IMG/VR virus record: IMGVR_UViG_3300005826_000294 | Location: 1-64,000 of that record | DNA length: 64,000 nt | Strand: one strand, 5' to 3' | Shown here: positions 56,617-64,000 of the stretch, piece by piece | How positions within the stretch are numbered: position 1 is the first letter of the stretch | How the letters are laid out: each line of letters starts with the position of its first letter | Notes under the pieces: model-generated | Told to the model about the DNA's origin: nothing | The model's database searches: none | Seen by the model: the letters and a program-made list of their open reading frames with translations, nothing else | Program-made: the position numbers and the translations under genes

Positions 56617-58143
56617 TTATTTCGCTTTGCTGGAAATTTTATCTGGCGGTTTTAATGACAAACGATCAAAATTTTTAGGAAATTTAATTTTGAAAAGTGG
56701 TTCCGTTTCATATATTGCTATTCTTGTTGCTGTGTGTTTATCTAAATATCTAGCATTATCAATAAAATCAACAATGATAGCATTTTTCTTATTTTTAAAA
56801 GTTCTAATAACTCTTCCTACTCTCTGCAATGCTCTAACTGTAGATTTTCCTCCTCCAGCCATTATAAGACTATCTAAACAGGGAATATTTACTCCAATAT
56901 CAAAAACACTTGAAGCAATTAAACATTGTAATTCTCCATTCTCAAAATCTTTTTTTACTTTTTCTCTTGTTTCACTATCTACTTCACCATTAACAAAAAA
57001 CAATGGAATATCAGATAATTTTTCTGCTAATTCCTTTCCATGGTTAATATATCTTACTAATATAAGAAGTTTCCTTCCTTTTTTTATTAAAAGTCTGGCA
57101 GAATCTTCTATCATTCCGTTTCTAATATCATTATTAGATATATATTTATTATAAACAGAAGCATAATGTTTTGGTAATTTTTCTATATATGGAGGAACTT
57201 CTAACATTGTAATATGTGCTGGAACAAGAAATCCATCTTTTATTAATTTTGATGCTGGTAAGTTAAATATTCTTTCTCCGCATACAGATTCTAATAATAA
57301 ATCAGCACCATCTGTTCTCCAATCAGTTCCACTTAATCCAAATAAATATCTACAATTTTTACTTGCCTTAAATATTGATTGAATTGTATCTGTTGCTAAA
57401 AAATGTGCCTCATCATAAATTGCTAGGTTTGTATTTTTAATAGCTTCTCTAATCATTCCTTTTTGTTTTGTTCCTGCTGGCATTACCTCTGGGGCCCAAT
57501 CTTCGTCATCAAGGGAAATTGCTTGTTTAAGATCAAAAGAAGTTATTGCTGTCCATATAGAACATACATTTATCTTTTCAATTATACATTGTCCATCTCC
57601 TATAATACCAATTTCTATCCCCAAAGCTTTTTTCATTTCATCATGAAACTGATATAATAAATCTTTACCAATAACATAAATCATTGTTGGAATATTATAA
57701 TGGGCAGCAATCATAGCTGCAAGGATAGTTTTACCCGATCCTGTAGCCATCCTTATAATTCCTCTTTCATGTTTTATAGCAGATTTCAATGCTTCCTGTT
57801 GGTAATCTCTTGGGATATATTTTTTTATTTTTATTGGGGTTTTTGCTTTTGGAGTATATCTTTGATCAATTAATTCATATTGTATTTTTTGTTTATCTAA
57901 GAATTTTTTTACCCTTTCTAAAAGACCAGTAGGAAAAACTAACTTACTATTTAATAAATGCTTTTTTCCATCCCAATGAACAAACATTCCTCTTTTCTTA
58001 TCATAATAACCTTCTCTAAAAGCTTTTGTATACATGTATCCTTCTAAATAAAAACTGGTTTTCTTATCTAATGCATCTATGGTTTGAATATCTTTTAAAT
58101 TTCTTATTCTGGACCATACATTATTTATTATTATTTCAACCAT
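56617..58143 (-). CDS. SF2 helicase (UvsW-like)
   Basis: PRDYQ, ATGSGKT, DEAH, SGT, QRVGRVIR. Confidence 0.9.
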   Translation of the reverse strand: MVEIIINNVWSRIRNLKDIQTIDALDKKTSFYLEGYMYTKAFREGYYDKKRGMFVHWDGKKHLLNSKLVFPTGLLERVKKFLDKQKIQYELIDQRYTPKAKTPIKIKKYIPRDYQQEALKSAIKHERGIIRMATGSGKTILAAMIAAHYNIPTMIYVIGKDLLYQFHDEMKKALGIEIGIIGDGQCIIEKINVCSIWTAITSFDLKQAISLDDEDWAPEVMPAGTKQKGMIREAIKNTNLAIYDEAHFLATDTIQSIFKASKNCRYLFGLSGTDWRTDGADLLLESVCGERIFNLPASKLIKDGFLVPAHITMLEVPPYIEKLPKHYASVYNKYISNNDIRNGMIEDSARLLIKKGRKLLILVRYINHGKELAEKLSDIPLFFVNGEVDSETREKVKKDFENGELQCLIASSVFDIGVNIPCLDSLIMAGGGKSTVRALQRVGRVIRTFKNKKNAIIVDFIDNARYLDKHTATRIAIYETEPLFKIKFPKNFDRLSLKPPDKISSKAK

Positions 58144-58146
58144 TTT

Positions 58147-58650
58147 CTACTCCAAAAATACAAATATAAATTGAGAATCAAAAGAATTATTTTTAAACAT
58201 ATTATATATATTATCAACTTCTCTCTTAGATAAAATAGAAGAACAGTCTATAATAACTCCATCTATTTTTCGACCAAAGAATTTATTTTGATTATCATTT
58301 GCTAATCCTATCCAACTCCATTCTGGATATAGTTTTAAATTACAGGCAACTCTATAATTCGGCATAATGATTACTGGATTTTTAAATATATCTTTATTTG
58401 TGGTTCCATTTGGACCATACTCTCCAATAATCTTTTTTAAAAAACTAGTATGTCCAGATTGTCTTGAAACACAAAATTTAATTGTAGAAAACTCTTTTGC
58501 CCATATTAAAGGATGCTTATAATCATAATTTATTTTTTCTTTAAATTGCCTAGTCCATTTAATCATAGTTATTAAAGAATTAAACAAATCATCATGACTT
58601 ATTTTATTAGAACATTTTATCATTTTTATTAAATTTTTCATTAGGAACAT
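58147..58650 (-). CDS. Hypothetical protein with a degenerate P-loop
   Basis: SRQSGHTS. Confidence 0.55.
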   Translation of the reverse strand: MFLMKNLIKMIKCSNKISHDDLFNSLITMIKWTRQFKEKINYDYKHPLIWAKEFSTIKFCVSRQSGHTSFLKKIIGEYGPNGTTNKDIFKNPVIIMPNYRVACNLKLYPEWSWIGLANDNQNKFFGRKIDGVIIDCSSILSKREVDNIYNMFKNNSFDSQFIFVFLE

Positions 58651-58663
58651 CTCCTTTTAAGAC

Positions 58664-59023
58664 TTACTTCGTCTCATCTATCCATTTTCCATTTTTAAAT
58701 ATCTCGGTTTTTATATTTTCTTCTTTCATTAAATCATTAACTTTCTCTTTTATTGATGAAAAACCTTGTAGTCTTACTGCTGACTCCATTTTAATCCATA
58801 TTTTAAACTCTTTTGTATTTACTAATCTATTAAAAGCTTCTTTTAAATTTTGATTTTGTGTTCTATGGGTATTTGATTTTCCAATAGCACCAGAGTCTTT
58901 ATGCTTTATTCTTACGGCTGTTGCTCTTTTATTAACATTTTGGCCACCCGGGCCTTTTGATGAAGCGTAGTATGTGATTTCTAAATCTTTTTTTGTTATT
59001 GAAAATAAAAGTTCTTTTTTCAT
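58664..59023 (-). CDS. Peptide chain release factor-like (ArfB/PrfH-type GGQ domain)
   Basis: GPGGQNVNK..TAVRI.H; RTQ.QN...AF. Confidence 0.9.
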   Translation of the reverse strand: MKKELLFSITKKDLEITYYASSKGPGGQNVNKRATAVRIKHKDSGAIGKSNTHRTQNQNLKEAFNRLVNTKEFKIWIKMESAVRLQGFSSIKEKVNDLMKEENIKTEIFKNGKWIDETK

Positions 59024-59796
59024 ATTTTCACCTTGTTCATAATTTTATTTTTAAATATTTTCAATTCTTCTAAATTATAATTACTACCTTTTAATAGATT
59101 ATCATTTGCCAATAACCATTGATGATTTTCTGGAGAAAAAGCAATATCAAATTCTTTTTGTAAATTGAAAGCTGATAATGGAAATATATGATCAATATGA
59201 TAATCTTCTATATTTCCAGGGCAAGGTCCTAAAAACTCTATAATTTCTCTATATTTTGTTTTAGGATGTTTTGATTTTATTGAATTTCTAATTCTTTTTC
59301 TAACCAATTCTTTAATCTTAAATTGTTCATCTGTTTCCATTCTACATTTCTTATAACAATTAAAACATAATTGTTTTGAATGTATAATAGACATTATCCC
59401 ACATTTTTTACATTCATGTTTTAAACGAGTTTTATTAGAGCATTTTGGACATATTGGGTTTCCATCAATTCTTTTTTCTACTCTTTTAACTTCTTTACAA
59501 CTAAAACATTTTTCTTGTTTTCCTTTTCTATAACAACTTTGACATTTTCCTTTTCTTAAATGTTGTAGTTTATTACATTTTATACATTTTTGTTTTGGTG
59601 TTGATTTTATATAACAATTAGGACATAAAGGATTTCCATCAATTCTTTTATCTACTCTTTTAATCTTATTACAAATAGAACATTTTTCTTGTTTTTCTTT
59701 TCTATAACAACTCTGGCAATATTTTAAATCATTTTTTCTATATTCAATTCTAACATCTTTTCTTTTACAAATATCACAGGCACCTTTTGCCCTCAC
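59020..59796 (-). CDS. HNH endonuclease with CxxC repeats, paralog of 33763-34512
   Basis: YHIDHIFPL...PENHQWL...NLLK. Confidence 0.8.
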   Translation of the reverse strand: MRAKGACDICKRKDVRIEYRKNDLKYCQSCYRKEKQEKCSICNKIKRVDKRIDGNPLCPNCYIKSTPKQKCIKCNKLQHLRKGKCQSCYRKGKQEKCFSCKEVKRVEKRIDGNPICPKCSNKTRLKHECKKCGIMSIIHSKQLCFNCYKKCRMETDEQFKIKELVRKRIRNSIKSKHPKTKYREIIEFLGPCPGNIEDYHIDHIFPLSAFNLQKEFDIAFSPENHQWLLANDNLLKGSNYNLEELKIFKNKIMNKVKI

Positions 59797-61193
59797 CTCT
59801 TTCTCCGATCCTTTACTTGTTTATTCATAGCATTTGATGTTAGTTTACCAAATCCAGATTTCTTTTGCTGAATAATTCTATGAACCTCTTGAGCTTTACT
59901 TTGAGATTCTGTTCCAGCTCCATAATCAATCATCATTTTTTCTGCTCTATTTGTTTCTTTCTCTTTTAAAATCGCCATACGTTGGGCAGCTTCATTTTTA
60001 AGACCTTCTATCCTAGCAGTAGGTAATCCTAAGCCACTAAACATCGTATAAACTCTCACAACATCTTTTTCAATTGGTTGTTCATAAACACCACTTACTA
60101 GGCTTGGAGAGTCGCACGTTTCGCTTAAAACATGATTAGCATAGTTGATATTAACTGCTGGCAAATTAGAAAGTACTTCCGAATTCCCAGTAATTATGAA
60201 TCCACCAAATCTTGTGTCTTTTAAATTAAAATCACTTGCTAATAATCCAGATTCTAAATTATCTATAATCGCCTCAGATATTGCTGTTGTTTCTCTATAA
60301 TTTTCAACTTCTAACATTCCATAAGTTAATAAATCTCCTGCTGTAAAAAGACGACCATAATCCATAGGATCTAAAGATCCATATTTAGAAGGCTGAGATG
60401 ATAAATGATTAAACAAATGTAATGGTTCAATAATTGCTTTATTAGCAGTTGTCCAAAACTCTGCTTTACTAAGACCAGGATAAAGAAGTTCAATTCTAGA
60501 ATTATCAACTACAATTAATGTAGTAATAACATCTGAACTAGCCATCTTTGCTAATTTTCCTAATGTTACAACAGAATTATGTTTACTTAAAGCATCTTCA
60601 GATTCCATTGGAAGAATATATATTACTCCTACAGGTTTTCCTAATGTTGACATTAAACCAAGCATTCCTTCAGCACCACCAGATCCAGTACCCCCACCCC
60701 CAGAAACAACAAGCATTAGCATTTCCTGATCATCACTAAATGTCTCATTAAGTTTATTAAGAATTAATTCTCCATTTTGTTCTATAGCCTGCCTTCCATT
60801 ATCAAGTTCTTTTCCAGCTCCTCCTAAACCAAAAGATAGAAATATTTTTCTATTATTTGGTAAATTAATATGTTCTAAATCTTGAGTTGCTGTGTTAAAA
60901 ATACATGTTTCATATCCTAATCCATAACATATTTCTCCAACATTTCCTCCAGCCTGTCCTAAACCAACAAACCCAAAATATAAACTTCTATCTCTTTTTG
61001 ATGTTGCCTTCACAGAACCCTCCTTCTTTTCTTTTAATTTCCTAAGAATTTCTGGGTCTAATTCATTTTCTTTTGGTTTTAAAGCATTTTCTAATTCTTT
61101 ATTTTCTTGAACAATTTCTTTTTCTGTTTTAATACGAGAAACTTCTCCAGTATCATCTATTACTACTACTCTATTTTTTTTCTCTTCAGTCAT
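59793..61193 (-). CDS. Tubulin/FtsZ-family GTPase (PhuZ/TubZ-like)
   Basis: GLGQAGGN, NT...DL, GAG, GGGTGSG, DN. Confidence 0.9.
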   Translation of the reverse strand: MTEEKKNRVVVIDDTGEVSRIKTEKEIVQENKELENALKPKENELDPEILRKLKEKKEGSVKATSKRDRSLYFGFVGLGQAGGNVGEICYGLGYETCIFNTATQDLEHINLPNNRKIFLSFGLGGAGKELDNGRQAIEQNGELILNKLNETFSDDQEMLMLVVSGGGGTGSGGAEGMLGLMSTLGKPVGVIYILPMESEDALSKHNSVVTLGKLAKMASSDVITTLIVVDNSRIELLYPGLSKAEFWTTANKAIIEPLHLFNHLSSQPSKYGSLDPMDYGRLFTAGDLLTYGMLEVENYRETTAISEAIIDNLESGLLASDFNLKDTRFGGFIITGNSEVLSNLPAVNINYANHVLSETCDSPSLVSGVYEQPIEKDVVRVYTMFSGLGLPTARIEGLKNEAAQRMAILKEKETNRAEKMMIDYGAGTESQSKAQEVHRIIQQKKSGFGKLTSNAMNKQVKDRRKR

Positions 61194-61375
61194 TTTTACC
61201 TTCCTATTTTAAATTAAATGTTTTTTTCTATTATATTTTTCAAAATCAAACATTTTGGGCAAATTTTCAAGAATTTCAACCGTTTATAAAATCTTTCATT
61301 TTTTCTCAAAATTTTTCTTGACGATTTTTTATCAACAATTTAAGTTAGTAATTGAACGTCGCGAGGAAAATTCTA

Positions 61376-62206
61376 TTATATAAGAGACCACTTATTCGCT
61401 ACAACCCATTTAATCGTTTTCTCTAAAGATGATTCTAAATCTTTTGAATCAGGTACCCACCCTCCAATTTGATCAAACTCAAATGTTTTAATAACACCTA
61501 AATTTTCTCCAAAATTCGATTCCATAATCTTTATATCATTTTTTATTATTTGATTAATTTTTTGGACAATTTCAAATTCACTTATATATCCAAGAGGAGG
61601 CATTCTAACAAGTCCTGTTCTTTTATTTTCTATAAGAAACCATAATAATGATGCTACATCTTCAGCATATACCCAAGGTATTTTATTAGTAGTAGCAGAA
61701 ATTACTTTTTCTTTATATATATAAGAAATAAATAAAGAAAGATTACTTCCAAATGATTTTAATAAACTAACATTCTGTCTCATTCCAAATTTATTTGGTA
61801 GTTCAAGAGCTGTATTCCCACTTTTAATAATTATATTTTTTATTGGAATACACATTTTATCAGGATCATTATCAGGAGAAACAGGGAGTATCATAATGAA
61901 TGGTATTTTCATATTTGTTAAATTATTAGTTGTATTAAGTAGTTTATCATATTCAAATATTTCGTCACCACATATAATAAAGTCTGGTTTTTCAAGATAT
62001 ATAAGTTTTTTCATAAATTCTATATCTGAAGCATCTCCAATATAGAATTTATGATTTTTATTAAAATATATACGTTTTGTATCTTCTAATCGATTAATAT
62101 TGTCGATACTAATTATCTCAAAATTTTTAGACCTATATACAATATAACGAATGAAATTCGCCATTAAAAACCCTGTAGATCCACATACTAAAATTTTTTT
62201 TCTCAT
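61376..62206 (-). CDS. Degenerate NAD-dependent epimerase/dehydratase (RmlB-like)
   Basis: ILVCGSTGFLMANF, IGD; no YxxxK seen. Confidence 0.65.
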   Translation of the reverse strand: MRKKILVCGSTGFLMANFIRYIVYRSKNFEIISIDNINRLEDTKRIYFNKNHKFYIGDASDIEFMKKLIYLEKPDFIICGDEIFEYDKLLNTTNNLTNMKIPFIMILPVSPDNDPDKMCIPIKNIIIKSGNTALELPNKFGMRQNVSLLKSFGSNLSLFISYIYKEKVISATTNKIPWVYAEDVASLLWFLIENKRTGLVRMPPLGYISEFEIVQKINQIIKNDIKIMESNFGENLGVIKTFEFDQIGGWVPDSKDLESSLEKTIKWVVANKWSLI

Positions 62207-62236
62207 ATTAAAAAATTCCTTGGTTTTTTAGTACTT

Positions 62237-63019
62237 TTACTTTTTCCCCCATATAAAATGTTCTTCTTCTAATTTTTTTATTTTAAATGGAGGAGTGTTG
62301 TTTATTACAATTGAATTTAAATTTCTTCTTTCTAAAGCATTTTGTAATGCCTTTTTAGCATTTAAATCTTGTTCTGTTCTTGATTTTGTTGAGACTTGAT
62401 TACTATGTTGTCTATAATAATAAGTTATAGGATCTTTAATTCTATGTATTTTAAATTTTTCATCAATTTTAAGAGCCAAATCATAATCTACAGCAGAAGT
62501 TAATTCATTAGAGTATCCACCAACATTTTTTATAACTGATTTTCTATAAAATCTCATAGGAAATAAACACATATATTTAAGAAGAACATTTGAATCATAT
62601 TCTCCACTTTTTTCTACATGAGGCAAAACCCATTTTTTTTCATTATTAAAACATATAAAATTACCACAGCAGGCTCCTATATCAGGATGTTTGTCCATAT
62701 AATTAACAAAAATTTCTAAACAATTAGTAGGAATTAAATCATCACTTCCAACATGACAAATATATTTATGATCATCTAATTTTTCAATACATTCATTTTT
62801 AATTTGTCCTATTTTACCAGAATGTTTCTCTCTTCTATAAAAAGAAAACCTTGAATCTTTTATAGATTTAGTTTTTTCAAATGTTTTATCTTCTGAACAA
62901 TCATCTATTAAAATATATTGAAAATTACTATAAGTTTGATTAATAATACTATTAATTGATTCATTTATATATTTTTCAACATTATGTGCTGGAACATAAA
63001 TACCTACTGAATTTAACAT
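62237..63019 (-). CDS. GT2 glycosyltransferase
   Basis: PAHN.E.YI...Q, IDDCSED, SDD, DYDL. Confidence 0.9.
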   Translation of the reverse strand: MLNSVGIYVPAHNVEKYINESINSIINQTYSNFQYILIDDCSEDKTFEKTKSIKDSRFSFYRREKHSGKIGQIKNECIEKLDDHKYICHVGSDDLIPTNCLEIFVNYMDKHPDIGACCGNFICFNNEKKWVLPHVEKSGEYDSNVLLKYMCLFPMRFYRKSVIKNVGGYSNELTSAVDYDLALKIDEKFKIHRIKDPITYYYRQHSNQVSTKSRTEQDLNAKKALQNALERRNLNSIVINNTPPFKIKKLEEEHFIWGKK

Positions 63020-63396
63020 TTTTTCCTCTTAAATAATGGATATTTACATAAATCTAAAGTTCCATTTATGTTTAGAAACCAAACATCAGCATTAAGTCGT
63101 TTATCAATTACACCACTATAACCTGTATAACCATCATCATGCTTTATTGAAACTTGAATATATTTTTTATTAGAATATTTATCTTTATATTCTATAAAAC
63201 TTGCAACAACAGGATTTTTATTATTTAATTGATCTATAGAATTCCATTTATTTCCATTAACCAAATTATTATTTATCCATTTAACTGCTACCTTATTATA
63301 CGAAAGTTTGTCTCCAATTTCAACAAAAAATCTGCTAGAATTGAGAATTTTCATTAAAAAACCTCTTTGTATGCTTTTTTCATTATACTTTCCCAT
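63013..63396 (-). CDS. Hypothetical protein
   Basis: ORF track. Confidence 0.55.
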   Translation of the reverse strand: MGKYNEKSIQRGFLMKILNSSRFFVEIGDKLSYNKVAVKWINNNLVNGNKWNSIDQLNNKNPVVASFIEYKDKYSNKKYIQVSIKHDDGYTGYSGVIDKRLNADVWFLNINGTLDLCKYPLFKRKKC

Positions 63397-64000
63397 TTAA
63401 ACATATTAACAGATTTAAGACTATTCTTTATTATATTCTCTCTTTCAGTATCATGATTTAAATAATATTTAATTAAATCAACACAATCACATAAAGAATA
63501 AAACCATACAATATCTTTATGATTTGTAAAATAATTTTCAAGTTTAGGAATGTATTTTGTAATCATTAAATTTCCTGAAGCCATTCCTTCAATCATTCTA
63601 ATAGACCAATAATGTTCTATATTATTGAAATGATTAATATTTAATATTATTTTTGATTTATTATAAAAATCATTAATTTTAGGAAGACTAAAAAATCCTA
63701 AAATATTTTCTTTTGGGATGAATTTATCCCATCCATTTCCTAAAATCTTAATGTTAAAATGTTTTATTAAATAAGATATTATTCCAACTCTCTCAATTGT
63801 TCCGGGGAAACCACTATTTTTATAAACATTTCCAGCAAATACAATATCATATTCTTTATTAATGTTTTTTTTAAAAAATAATAAATCACTAAATCCTTCT
63901 TGTAATATTTTACAATTTAACCCATTTTTTTGATACTCATGTTTTCTTCCTTTTTGAAAGCAAACATCAACATATTTCCCAGCACTAATTGTATATTTAT
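63354..64000 (-). CDS. GT-B glycosyltransferase (CgeB/YkvP-like), 5-prime partial
   Basis: Frame open to the window edge: YDIVFAG...SKIILNI...R.IEGMASG. Confidence 0.75.
   Translation of the reverse strand, partial: KYTISAGKYVDVCFQKGRKHEYQKNGLNCKILQEGFSDLLFFKKNINKEYDIVFAGNVYKNSGFPGTIERVGIISYLIKHFNIKILGNGWDKFIPKENILGFFSLPKINDFYNKSKIILNINHFNNIEHYWSIRMIEGMASGNLMITKYIPKLENYFTNHKDIVWFYSLCDCVDLIKYYLNHDTERENIIKNSLKSVNMFKWESIMKKAYKEVF

Noticed and set aside
1-64000. Genome-wide stop-codon reassignment (code 4, 15 or 25)
   Set aside because: Long genes are intact in code 11, TAG/TGA/TAA all end normal genes, and the internal stops are of mixed types confined to the accessory region.

Overview
AT-rich fragment of a large tailed bacteriophage genome, probably a jumbo phage. 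Evidence: AGGAG-type RBSs, amidase endolysin, sigma factor, tubulin/FtsZ-like GTPase, DnaB/DnaC, RNR, thyA/folA/tmk and tail-like proteins. Essentially all real genes are on the minus strand, and most plus-strand ORFs in the track are antisense shadows. Positions 1-15.7 kb are a mosaic accessory region. It holds a tandem array of Trp/Ser/Arg peptide units next to an Sm-fold/VWA-peptidase/MoxR operon, a GC-rich pentapeptide-repeat island, and genes broken by in-frame stops. It also holds a tRNA cluster (Lys-UUU x4, Ile-UAU, Asp, Leu) mixed with well-paired truncated tRNA-like RNAs, a nucleotidyltransferase, a MYG1-like nuclease, a bL12-like gene and a duplicated 215-nt structured RNA. Positions 15.7-64 kb hold core genes for nucleotide metabolism, lysis, tail and replication, plus a prkA-yeaH-spoVR operon, five free-standing nuclease genes, two inteins, and an IS607 tnpA/tnpB element that seems to carry three passenger genes and has broken a PIN-PhoH gene. 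All calls come from motif recognition by eye; no database search or folding software was run.
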